DNA of 60,301 nucleotides. It comes from a virus. Of the stretch, positions 52,612-60,301 are shown piece by piece (position 1 is the stretch's first letter; each line of letters begins with the position of its first letter). The DNA lies in IMG/VR virus record IMGVR_UViG_3300045988_176983, positions 1 through 60,301 of that record; one strand, given 5' to 3'. The notes beneath the pieces are model-generated. The model ran no database searches. It saw nothing but the letters and a program-made list of their open reading frames with translations, and was not told the DNA's origin. The position numbers were made by a program, and so were the translations under genes.

Positions 52612-53022
52612 ATGAGTTACAGAATGTGCTACGGACAGCGAAACAAACTCGGCAATAAGAAAGTCGTAGTAGACGGTATAGAGTTCGACAGCAAACGTGA
52701 AGCGGTAAGGTATTCCGAACTCAAACTTATGGAACGGGCGAAACTTATAAGCAACCTCGAACTGCAAAAGGAGTTTGAGTTGATACCTTCTCAACGCGAA
52801 CCCGATACGATCGGAAAGCACGGTGCTATCGTTAAAGGAAAAGTCATTGAAAGAGCCGTCAAATACATAGCCGATTTCGCTTATATAGACAACAGAACGG
52901 GGCAATTAGTCGTAGAAGACAGTAAAGGATATCGTAACCCGGCAAGCACGGAATACGCAAAGTTTGTAATCAAACGCAAACTTATGCTTTACAAGTACGG
53001 AATAAGGGTAAAGGAAGTATGA
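52612..53022 (+). CDS. DUF1064-type (PD-(D/E)XK, resolvase-like) protein
   Basis: Contains KLGNKKVVVDGIEFDSKREAVRYSELKLMERAKLISNLELQKEFELIP...YIADFAY...VVEDSKG. Confidence 0.65.
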   Translation: MSYRMCYGQRNKLGNKKVVVDGIEFDSKREAVRYSELKLMERAKLISNLELQKEFELIPSQREPDTIGKHGAIVKGKVIERAVKYIADFAYIDNRTGQLVVEDSKGYRNPASTEYAKFVIKRKLMLYKYGIRVKEV

Positions 53023-53225
53023 CGAAAGGAATTACCGAAAGTGTTTTAGAAGAAATCGAGAAAAGCGGAATGTCTATCAAATCGATTTCCGAAAAGAGCG
53101 GCGTAAGTCGCACGACGATTATGGGTTGGATAAACGGCGGGAATACGCCGACGATAGAAAACGCGGATTTTGTTCTTGCGGTATTGGGTAAACGATTAGA
53201 GATTGGAGAGTTGGGTAATGACTAA
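53019..53225 (+). CDS. Small HTH protein (68 aa)
   Basis: Contains MSIKSISEKSGVSRTTIMGWINGGNTP. Confidence 0.55.
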   Translation: MTKGITESVLEEIEKSGMSIKSISEKSGVSRTTIMGWINGGNTPTIENADFVLAVLGKRLEIGELGND

Positions 53226-53415
53226 AAGAAAAGTAATTCGTTGCGAACACTTAAACGCCGCTAAACAAAAATGCGGCAATTATATAGGCAAATTCGTCGG
53301 CGAAACTGTCATAATCAAGCGGCACGGCAGAGAGATACATATCGGCGCGGGGCAGTCCGTCGAAATCAAATGCGAGCGTTGCGGGGGCATAACGAAAGTC
53401 GAATGGAAACTCTAA
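53203..53415 (+). CDS. Small zinc-ribbon protein (70 aa)
   Basis: Contains CEHLNAAKQKCGN...KCERCGG. Confidence 0.5.
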   Translation: MESWVMTKRKVIRCEHLNAAKQKCGNYIGKFVGETVIIKRHGREIHIGAGQSVEIKCERCGGITKVEWKL

Positions 53416-54101
53416 TCGAAACAAACAAGGTTTACAACTGCGACTGTATAGAACTCTTACGTAATATGTCGGCAAGGGGGGTAAAGGCAGATTGGTGTAT
53501 AACCGACCCGCCTTACGGAATAGGAATTGAATCAATGTCGTTTACTAACGGCAAAGAGATTGCGGGGAACGCGAAAGCGAAAAGAAGAAACTATTCCGAT
53601 ACCAAACCGTGGGATAAACAGAGAATAACGAAAGAATATTTCGACTTAATCTTTAAGTGCAGTAAAAATCAGATTATTTTTGGCGGTAACTATTATACCG
53701 ATTATTTACCGCCGACGGCGAGTTGGGTTGTGTGGGATAAGCGTTGCGACGATAAAATGCGAAACGATTTTGCCGATTGCGAAATCGCGTGGTGCAGCAA
53801 AGGCGTTGCAAGAGTGTTTCATTACGTTTACAACGGAATGATTCAGGGCGATATGAAAGCCAAAGACGAACGATTTCATCCCACGCAGAAACCCACTCAA
53901 CTATGGGTCAACCTGATTAACTACTACACAAAGCCCGGCGATTTAATTCTCGATCCTTTTATGGGAAGTTTCACTACTGCGATAGCCGCGTACAGAACGG
54001 GCAGAAATTATATCGGGGCGGAACTCGACAAAGACTATTACGAGTTGGGAAGTAAACGGCTCGAAAAAGAAAAACAACAATTACGAATTTTTGATTTATA
54101 G
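53403..54101 (+). CDS. DNA N6-adenine or N4-cytosine methyltransferase (beta-class order)
   Basis: The DPPYG motif precedes LDPFMGSFTTAIAA. The start was set at METLIE; the track ORF begins upstream in an Arg-rich extension. Confidence 0.85.
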   Translation: METLIETNKVYNCDCIELLRNMSARGVKADWCITDPPYGIGIESMSFTNGKEIAGNAKAKRRNYSDTKPWDKQRITKEYFDLIFKCSKNQIIFGGNYYTDYLPPTASWVVWDKRCDDKMRNDFADCEIAWCSKGVARVFHYVYNGMIQGDMKAKDERFHPTQKPTQLWVNLINYYTKPGDLILDPFMGSFTTAIAAYRTGRNYIGAELDKDYYELGSKRLEKEKQQLRIFDL

Positions 54102-54109
54102 GAAACGAT

Positions 54110-54910
54110 ATGAGCAAAATCGATTTAAGGCTTGGCGACTGCTACGAACTCATAAAAACAATACCTGACAAGAGCATAGATTTAGTATATTGCGATATTC
54201 CTTACGATATCGAGGGTAACGGCGGTGGCGGGTGTTTCGGCGAAAAGAAACGCGATTACCACGCCGAATACGAAAAAGTCTGCGAAAACACAAACAGCAC
54301 GGCAAGCCGAGTGTATAAGTCCACAATGAAAAGTATTGACAATATCAAGGAAATTGCTTTCGGTATAGATTACGACATTTTGGACGAGTTTTGCAGAGTG
54401 TTGAAAAATATTTACGTTTATATCTGGTGCAGCAAAGCGCAGATTTTACCGCTTATGAATTATTTCGTCGGCGAGCGTGGGTGTCGCTTTGAAATTCTGA
54501 CGTGGTTGAAGTCAAATGCAATACCCACTTGCAACGGCAAATATTTAAGCGATACCGAATATTGCCTTATGTTCCGCGACGGCGGTAAGACCAAAATCGG
54601 CGGAACTATGAAAACGAAACAAAAGTATTACATAAGCCCGTTAAACGTAAAGGATAAAGGCAATTTTCTTCACCCGACGATAAAGCCGTTACCTTTCGTA
54701 GAAAATCATATTCTTAACTCGACGAAAGAAGGCGACACAGTTCTTGATTGCTTTATGGGTAGCGGAACGACAGGTTTAGCGTGTAAACACTTAAAACGAA
54801 ATTTTATCGGTTTCGAGATAGAGGAAAAGTGGTACAAGATAGCAAAAAGCCGAATCGAGGGTTACAACGCGTTCGGGCAGGGCAACTTTTTGGAGATAAA
54901 TGGATTATGA
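54110..54910 (+). CDS. Second DNA amino-methyltransferase (beta-class order)
   Basis: The CDIPYD motif precedes LDCFMGSGTTGLAC. Confidence 0.8.
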   Translation: MSKIDLRLGDCYELIKTIPDKSIDLVYCDIPYDIEGNGGGGCFGEKKRDYHAEYEKVCENTNSTASRVYKSTMKSIDNIKEIAFGIDYDILDEFCRVLKNIYVYIWCSKAQILPLMNYFVGERGCRFEILTWLKSNAIPTCNGKYLSDTEYCLMFRDGGKTKIGGTMKTKQKYYISPLNVKDKGNFLHPTIKPLPFVENHILNSTKEGDTVLDCFMGSGTTGLACKHLKRNFIGFEIEEKWYKIAKSRIEGYNAFGQGNFLEINGL

Positions 54911-55086
54911 CGGAAATCAGCGAGAAAGAGTTTTTGCAGTTAAAAGCAAAGCGACTAATGGAACAGTCAATCAAAAGCGAACAATGGAACGGCTTACCTG
55001 CCGAAACCCGGCAAGATATATTCGTTTTTGCATTGTTTGTAAATAATTATTTAGACAAAGTAGAGGGAAAGAAAAATGTACAATGA
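54907..55086 (+). CDS. Hypothetical protein (59 aa)
   Basis: ATGA-coupled to the methyltransferase gene. Confidence 0.45.
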   Translation: MTEISEKEFLQLKAKRLMEQSIKSEQWNGLPAETRQDIFVFALFVNNYLDKVEGKKNVQ

Positions 55087-55384
55087 ACAACAACAGAAAG
55101 AAATAGCGGAAATGGCAGAGTTTATTCACGGTAGGCGTGATAAAAACGGATCATTAAAAACGGCGCAGGCACTTTACGACGCGGGTTATCGTAAAGTTGA
55201 CGAAAAGACGCGGCAGTATTTGGAGTATATACCCGAAATGAAAAAAGCGTTTGACAAGGTTGCCGCAGAAACCGTCAACAAGTTCGCGAAAGAAGTAAAG
55301 AAAGAAGCAAATCGTTGCTACGAGTATGATATTGAAAAAATTATTGTTTCAATAGTTGATAATATTTTGAAGAGGTATGAGTAA
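55076..55384 (+). CDS. Hypothetical protein (102 aa)
   Basis: RBS agagggaaag is present. Confidence 0.5.
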   Translation: MYNEQQQKEIAEMAEFIHGRRDKNGSLKTAQALYDAGYRKVDEKTRQYLEYIPEMKKAFDKVAAETVNKFAKEVKKEANRCYEYDIEKIIVSIVDNILKRYE

Positions 55385-55386
55385 AA

Positions 55387-55698
55387 ATGAAATACACACA
55401 CGAAAGCGAAGAGTTAAACACTCTTTTAGAAGAACGCTTTTCTCGCTTTGTTTGCTTAACGATTGATGAAGCCGTTAAGTATGCAGGGGGCGAAAATCGT
55501 GAAATTTGCGGTTGGCACATATCTAACTTAAAGATTTACGACAAGCCGAAAGATTTATCCTGTTTTTATAAGCCTTGCCCGCAAAAAAACGTAATTTGCA
55601 GAGATTGTGAATATTTATTTAGGATAGACGGCAGTTGTATGAATATAGTAACCCGACCGCCGCAGTCGTATATGCGGGTTGAAGAGTGGGGAGAGTAA
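55387..55698 (+). CDS. ASCH/PUA-like protein (candidate)
   Basis: GWHISNLKIYDKPKDLSCFY...TRPPQSYMRV resembles the ASCH-type proteins common in Firmicute phages, as recalled from memory. Confidence 0.35.
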   Translation: MKYTHESEELNTLLEERFSRFVCLTIDEAVKYAGGENREICGWHISNLKIYDKPKDLSCFYKPCPQKNVICRDCEYLFRIDGSCMNIVTRPPQSYMRVEEWGE

Positions 55699-55700
55699 AA

Positions 55701-56738
55701 ATGCCGACGAGAAATGAACTAACTCAATTACAGTCTTTACCGCTTGAATTAAAGGTAATGCGTACTCAACAGCGCATACGCGAATGGGTACAGTATTACG
55801 GCATAGACGGCGTTTACGTTTCGTTTTCGGGCGGTAAAGACAGCACGGTTCTGTTGGATATGGTAAGGAAACTATATCCGACGATAAAAGCCGTTTTCAT
55901 TAACACCGGGCTTGAATATCCCGAAAATCAGCAATTCGTTAAAAGTTTCGACAATGTTGAAATTCTACGCCCCGCAATGCGCTTCGACGAGGTTATAAAA
56001 ACCTACGGATATCCCGTAATCGGGAAAGAGGTAAGCGAGTGTGTATATCAAGGGAGAATGGCGTTGACAAGTAATCGATCCCCGTATCGATTACAGAAAC
56101 TATTCGGCACGGCAAAGGACAAGAACGGCAACGAAAGCAAATACAACAAGACGAAGTACGCGCCGTTGCTTTTTACGGACTTTAAGATATCTCATATGTG
56201 TTGCAACGTTATGAAAAAGAAGCCCGCTCACGAATACAGCAAAATCACGGGCAAAATGCCTATGACGGCGCAAATGGCAGAAGAAAGTCAACTTCGCGAG
56301 CAGCAGTGGCTACGCAACGGGTGCAACGGTTTTGATATGAAATCGCCGATAAGTAACCCTATGAGTTTTTGGAAGGAGCAAGACGTTCTGCAATACATAA
56401 AGCAAAACAATCTACCGATATCAAAGGTATACGGCGAAGTCGTAGTAAAAGACGACGGCGGATATCAATACGGAGCAACGCTTTGCGACTGCGGTAAGTT
56501 ATGCACGACGGGCGCGAAACGGACAGGCTGTATATTCTGTATGTATTCCGCGCATTGCAAAGGCGACGAAAGGTTTTTATTACTCAAAAACAATCACCCG
56601 CGTCAATACGAGTATTGTATGGGCGGCGGGGCGTATGATACGGACGGCTTTTGGAAGCCGACCAAAGATGGGTTGGGTATGAAGCACGTCATAGACGAGA
56701 TAAATAAAATCTACGGAGACGGCTTTATAAAATACTAA
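55701..56738 (+). CDS. PAPS-reductase-family (PP-loop) protein with a C-terminal Cys cluster
   Basis: Contains the SFSGGKDSTVLLDM PP-loop and CDCGKLCTTGAKRTGCIFC. The start was set at the ATG preceded by ggggagag. Confidence 0.8.
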   Translation: MPTRNELTQLQSLPLELKVMRTQQRIREWVQYYGIDGVYVSFSGGKDSTVLLDMVRKLYPTIKAVFINTGLEYPENQQFVKSFDNVEILRPAMRFDEVIKTYGYPVIGKEVSECVYQGRMALTSNRSPYRLQKLFGTAKDKNGNESKYNKTKYAPLLFTDFKISHMCCNVMKKKPAHEYSKITGKMPMTAQMAEESQLREQQWLRNGCNGFDMKSPISNPMSFWKEQDVLQYIKQNNLPISKVYGEVVVKDDGGYQYGATLCDCGKLCTTGAKRTGCIFCMYSAHCKGDERFLLLKNNHPRQYEYCMGGGAYDTDGFWKPTKDGLGMKHVIDEINKIYGDGFIKY

Positions 56739-56878
56739 CGATGCAATCGCGGGGCGGCGCGTTTGTAAATAAAAATTATAATAAAAAACACCGATTGATA
56801 GATATAGGCTTAGTCAAGGGAGATCCGCCCGTTTCCCGAAAAAAATTTAATTATTACTAAAAAAATTTATGTAACCTC

Positions 56879-56907
56879 TTGACAAATTCGTAATTGTGAT
56901 GTAATAT
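56879..56907 (+). promoter_or_regulatory. Near-consensus sigma-70 promoter (TTGACA-17-TAATAT) upstream of the packaging operon
   Basis: ttgaca at 56879..56884 and taatat at 56902..56907. A second -10-like hexamer, taatgt, lies at 56910..56915. Confidence 0.65.
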
Positions 56908-56913
56908 GGTAAT

Positions 56914-57118
56914 GTAAATTGAATATAGGCGCGTTATGCGCCGTTGTAAATGACACTTTGATAGCACGGAACGATAAAGGTTTCGGAACTCGGACAAGGA
57001 GTTCTTAATTGCTTATGTGCCGCTTGGGTTACTCTTGTAAGAACAAGGGCATTGTGTCGTTTACGCAAATTGTCTTTATAAGCCTTGCGAGGTAACACTC
57101 GCAAGGCTTTTTTGTTTT
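56914..57118 (+). ncRNA. Structured leader/short transcript of about 200 nt, ending at an intrinsic terminator
   Basis: It lies between the promoter and the terminator and has no ORF. Hairpins are ggcgc-gttat-gcgcc, cggaac-gataaag-gtttcg, ggaactc-ggacaag-gagttct and ctcttg-taagaa-caaggg. There is long-range pairing between gtaaatgacac and gtgtcgtttac. Confidence 0.5.
57081..57118 (+). terminator. Strong intrinsic terminator 15 nt upstream of the terS-candidate RBS
   Basis: agccttgcgag pairs with ctcgcaaggct (a perfect 11-bp stem with loop gtaaca), followed by ttttttgtttt. Confidence 0.85.
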
Positions 57119-57132
57119 CCGCAGGAGTTAAA

Positions 57133-58218
57133 ATGGGCGTAAAAAAACAAGTCAGAAAGACGAGTACAACCGAATATTATTGCCATTCGTGCGGGACTAA
57201 ACTCACGGAAGAAAACAGCCGATACGAAGGTTCGCCGTATTGTTGGGACTGCGAAAGTAAGACATACGATGAGTTAAGGCAAAAGAACGGCGAATCGTTG
57301 GCTTTATTTTTCACTTGTTTGAAATACGACGTGCCGCTTTATCCCATGCTTTTAACCGAAGACCTGTTTACTGCGGACGATATATGGCTTGCCTATATAG
57401 ATTTGCTCGACAAAAACGATAAACTTTCAATCGACGAAAGATTAGCGACCTTTTCGGACGGCGAAACGAACCTTTTCAGAATATTCGGTAAGAATATGCA
57501 AGCAAAAGACTTTTCGGAATTTTGCAAGCGAGAGAAAGAAAGGCTCGATAAATTACCGGGAACGGCAGAACAACGCACGAAATGGGGCGAACGCAATCTT
57601 TGGCAAAACTTTCCTATAACGACGGCGGTATATAACGAACTCGATACGCAATACGATGCAATGGCTTCGAGATATAAGGGCGTTACTATCGACGACACTA
57701 TGGAAAGCACGATACGCCGAGTAGTCAAGTTGCGAGTCGTACAAGATTATCTGCAATCTATCGGCGACGCGGGCAGTTTCGATAAAGTGCAGAAGTCGAT
57801 TGACAGCATACTTGCTTCCGAGCAGTTACGTAAGAAAGACGAAAAGCCCGTCGAGGCGTTAAGGCTCGATTCAATGGTTTTGGCGTTGGAAAACGCAGGA
57901 CTAATGCAAAACGGCGATCTGCTCACTTACGACGAATTGATAGAAGTATTCAGAGATAAATTCGTAAAGTCGCCAAAGTATAAATACTCGCTCGACGTTG
58001 CAGACCAAGTAATACTCGATATTATGAACTCAATGCGTAAAAACGCCGACGAGCCGACTTTAATCAATCTGCCCGAAGAGTATGCGGCGGTTGACGAATA
58101 CGGCGAATTTGAACCCGAAGAAACCGAGCAGGAAAAGGAAGCGAAGCGTTATGCGGGGCTTACCAAAGTGCAGATTGAAAAAGCGGGTAAAAAGAGAAAA
58201 AACGGCGGTGAAGAATAA
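57133..58218 (+). CDS. Terminase small subunit candidate (361 aa, N-terminal zinc ribbon)
   Basis: RBS gcaggag is present. Contains CHSCGTKL...CWDC. It lies immediately upstream of terL and overlaps it (TAATG). It is larger than a typical TerS, so the call is tentative. Confidence 0.4.
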   Translation: MGVKKQVRKTSTTEYYCHSCGTKLTEENSRYEGSPYCWDCESKTYDELRQKNGESLALFFTCLKYDVPLYPMLLTEDLFTADDIWLAYIDLLDKNDKLSIDERLATFSDGETNLFRIFGKNMQAKDFSEFCKREKERLDKLPGTAEQRTKWGERNLWQNFPITTAVYNELDTQYDAMASRYKGVTIDDTMESTIRRVVKLRVVQDYLQSIGDAGSFDKVQKSIDSILASEQLRKKDEKPVEALRLDSMVLALENAGLMQNGDLLTYDELIEVFRDKFVKSPKYKYSLDVADQVILDIMNSMRKNADEPTLINLPEEYAAVDEYGEFEPEETEQEKEAKRYAGLTKVQIEKAGKKRKNGGEE

Positions 58219-60059
58219 TGCCGACGGGATATTATAGCGGTCAGGGTAAAAGGTGGTCGCAAAAACGCGGACGTTGGGAAACGGTAAACAAAGAACAGGC
58301 TTTCGATTACGATAACGTCAATCAAAAATCGTGGGCGTTGCTTATAAGTATATTCCGCTTTTACCCCGATTTCCTTTTAGATTTATTGCGGTCGCCGAAC
58401 GCGCCTTATGGGTTGGAACTGCCGCAAAGAATAATGTTGAGAGTACAGGCTCGATACCAAACGACCTATATCACGGGCGCAAGAGGTATTACGAAAACCT
58501 TCGTCGTGTTGGCGGGTAAGGAAGTTGACGGCGTTTTATATCCGGGCGAAAGAGTAAGGTATTTCGCGCCGAATCAAAAGCAGTCGGCGGTACTTGCTTC
58601 GCAGGCGTTCGCTTCGGTAGAGCGGTGTTATCCGTTGCTGTCGAGTTGGTGGAACAAAAACAACGACCGCGACGCAATGTTTAAGATAACGACGAATAAC
58701 GGCAGCGAGTTTTCAATGTACGCCCCGCGTGGAGACAACTTCGGCTCGTTAATCGGCGAAGAAATAGCCCAAGAGGGCGAAGACGGGTTCGACTTTACGA
58801 CGTTTGAAGAAGACGTTAAAAAGGGTCATAGGCTTACGAGAACGGTCAACGGCGTAAAAGACCGAACGAGAATACAATTAAAACAAGCGTATATATCCAA
58901 CGCGGCTTCGAGACAAAACAAGGCTTTTACGGTTTATCGGGCAATGGCGTTGAAGGCTATGAAATACGGCGATAAATACGACGGTTTTTGCATGGATATA
59001 TCGTGGATTTCCGCTTTGCTTTGTAATTTGCGTGATATAGCCTATTACAAGAAAGAAAAAGAAACGTCTTCCACGGAAGTGTGGAAACGCGAAATGGAAG
59101 TTACCTATACGGGTACGGGCGATAACCCTATGCTTACCGATGAGATTTTATCTCGCAGCAGAGTGTTAAAGTCTATGGAAAGCCGACATTGCGGCGATCC
59201 GAACGTCGTATACGTGGTTGCGCACGACGTTTCGTATGAAGAAGGGCAAAAAAACGCGCTCTGCGCCGACGTGGTGTGGAAGTGTACGAGATTTACCAAC
59301 GAAACGAAGCGCGATAAATACAGAAAACAAGCGGTGTGGGTCGATTCTTATCGCCCGCCGCATACGGAAGCCTTGCAGGCTCGGAAACTTAAAGATTTGT
59401 GGTTGCGGTTTTGTTTGAACGGCGGACAAGCGACGTATATCGTCGTAGATGCTCGCGCGGTCGGCAAAACGGTCGTGCAGGAACTTATGAAACCGACGAA
59501 CGACGGCACGCCGACGCTTTGTTGTTTCAAGCATTGCGCATATACCGAAATCGAACAGCCGAACGCGTTACCCGTTATCTATCCGCTTAAAGCGACGAGA
59601 GCGGGCGGAACGGACGACGAAGGCGTTATGATACGCTATCTGCAAAAAGAGTGGGAACAAGGCAATATCGAAATTCTTATTCCAAACGTGCTTGACGGCG
59701 TAGAAGCGTACAAACTCAACCACGGCATAAAAGATAACTTCGACGACGGTAAAATCGCGTTGCCGTATAAGCAAACTAACGGCTGGGTAGAAGAAATACA
59801 AAATCTCGAAGTCAAGCCGAGCGGCACTTCGGTTAAAGAAAGCAGAAAGCATAAGAGTATTCAAAGGGATAGACACTCGGCTGCAAAATACGGGTTAAGG
59901 CTCATTTCAATGCTCGAAGATACTCTCGTAAAAGAAAATTATCAACCGAAATCCGATTGGGATAAAAAGATAGACGAGTTTAAGCACGGCGGGTATATCC
60001 CGCAGGTTAAACGGACGAACAATAAAATTACAAGTCTGCTTTCGTTAAGGAAAAGATAA
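58218..60059 (+). CDS. terL: Terminase large subunit
   Basis: 613 aa. It has a Walker-A-like ITGARGITKTF, an acidic LIGEE segment and a C-terminal nuclease-like region (VVAHDVS, YIVVDARAVG). It lies upstream of the portal candidate. Confidence 0.75.
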   Translation: MPTGYYSGQGKRWSQKRGRWETVNKEQAFDYDNVNQKSWALLISIFRFYPDFLLDLLRSPNAPYGLELPQRIMLRVQARYQTTYITGARGITKTFVVLAGKEVDGVLYPGERVRYFAPNQKQSAVLASQAFASVERCYPLLSSWWNKNNDRDAMFKITTNNGSEFSMYAPRGDNFGSLIGEEIAQEGEDGFDFTTFEEDVKKGHRLTRTVNGVKDRTRIQLKQAYISNAASRQNKAFTVYRAMALKAMKYGDKYDGFCMDISWISALLCNLRDIAYYKKEKETSSTEVWKREMEVTYTGTGDNPMLTDEILSRSRVLKSMESRHCGDPNVVYVVAHDVSYEEGQKNALCADVVWKCTRFTNETKRDKYRKQAVWVDSYRPPHTEALQARKLKDLWLRFCLNGGQATYIVVDARAVGKTVVQELMKPTNDGTPTLCCFKHCAYTEIEQPNALPVIYPLKATRAGGTDDEGVMIRYLQKEWEQGNIEILIPNVLDGVEAYKLNHGIKDNFDDGKIALPYKQTNGWVEEIQNLEVKPSGTSVKESRKHKSIQRDRHSAAKYGLRLISMLEDTLVKENYQPKSDWDKKIDEFKHGGYIPQVKRTNNKITSLLSLRKR

Positions 60060-60301
60060 ATGAAAAAGTACAAATTATATGTTTCAACGTATCAAGCACT
60101 GTCGAAAGAGGTTGAATACACTTATTTCAGCCCCACAAGCAGCGGATATATGCTTGCATACCACTACGAGCCGATTGAGGGTATGAAAGAAGTAACGAGA
60201 GAAGACTTGCTGAAACCCGAAGAAAAAAAGTGGCTTTTAGGCGTTAAACTAACGGTAAACGCCGAGGCGATAAATAATTCGGCGGAAAGCATAAACAAGG
60301 C
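60060..60301 (+). CDS. 5' part of the 103-aa junction-spanning hypothetical protein (continues at 1..169)
   Basis: The ATG lies directly after the terL stop. The frame is open to the window end and runs into the terminal repeat. Confidence 0.6.
   Translation, partial: MKKYKLYVSTYQALSKEVEYTYFSPTSSGYMLAYHYEPIEGMKEVTREDLLKPEEKKWLLGVKLTVNAEAINNSAESINK
60203..60301. repeat. Terminal direct repeat (copy of 1..99)
   Basis: Exact identity with the first 99 nt. Confidence 0.95.

Noticed and set aside
53271-53402. N-terminal extensions of track ORFs that begin at non-ATG or upstream codons: 53271, 55686, 57085, 13896, 45473 and 54829.
   Set aside because: - The extensions are Arg-rich or overlap the preceding gene.
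- Downstream ATGs with RBSs give products that start at the conserved regions.
1-60301. Stop-codon reassignment (an alternative genetic code), as seen in some gut phages.
   Set aside because: - Long uninterrupted ORFs with sensible motifs are obtained with the standard code.
- All three stop codons are used as gene ends.
- The two tRNAs have sense anticodons (CAU and UUG).

Overview
The window is a complete, circularly closed genome of a temperate siphovirus-type dsDNA phage. The first 99 nt are repeated exactly as the last 99 nt, so the unique length is 60,202 bp. Strong AGGAG-type ribosome-binding sites and translationally coupled ATGA/TAATG gene junctions suggest a Gram-positive (Bacillota-like) host; this is an inference.

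Modules:
- Packaging, head and tail genes on the + strand: 57133..60301 wrapping to 1..27108. This covers a terS candidate, terL, portal, an LRR surface protein, scaffold/protease, major capsid, Ig-like tail proteins, tape measure and tail tip/fibre.
- A leftward (- strand) block of tightly coupled small genes: 27165..36530. It includes a XerC/D-like tyrosine recombinase, a YopX protein, an HExxH peptidase and a 587-aa acidic protein.
- An ORF-poor hub of about 1.9 kb: 36540..38420. It holds consensus promoters, a phased iteron array and a G4 motif, and is followed by two tRNAs (CAU and UUG anticodons).
- Lysogeny module: 38917..43758. It holds attP-like repeats, an integrase, small membrane proteins, a CI-like double-HTH repressor and a Cro-like protein, with palindromic operators over a consensus promoter.
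- Rightward early, replication and recombination genes: 43786..56738. This covers SSB, a replisome organiser with internal iterons, a YqaJ exonuclease, RecT, a DUF1064 protein, three DNA methyltransferases and a PAPS-reductase-family protein.

Most unusual observations:
1. The heptamer CTGTTCG occurs 36 times, all in one orientation, and is confined to the leftward block.
2. A 331-aa LAGLIDADG intein sits exactly at the catalytic Pro-Cys of a C5-cytosine methyltransferase.
3. The C-terminal module of that methyltransferase is separately encoded and changes frame at a G7 tract.
4. A consensus promoter, a structured leader of about 200 nt and a strong intrinsic terminator lie immediately upstream of the terminase operon.
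5. A micro-ORF is duplicated.

No CRISPR array, reverse transcriptase or suppressor tRNA was seen. All product calls come from motifs read by eye; no database search was possible.
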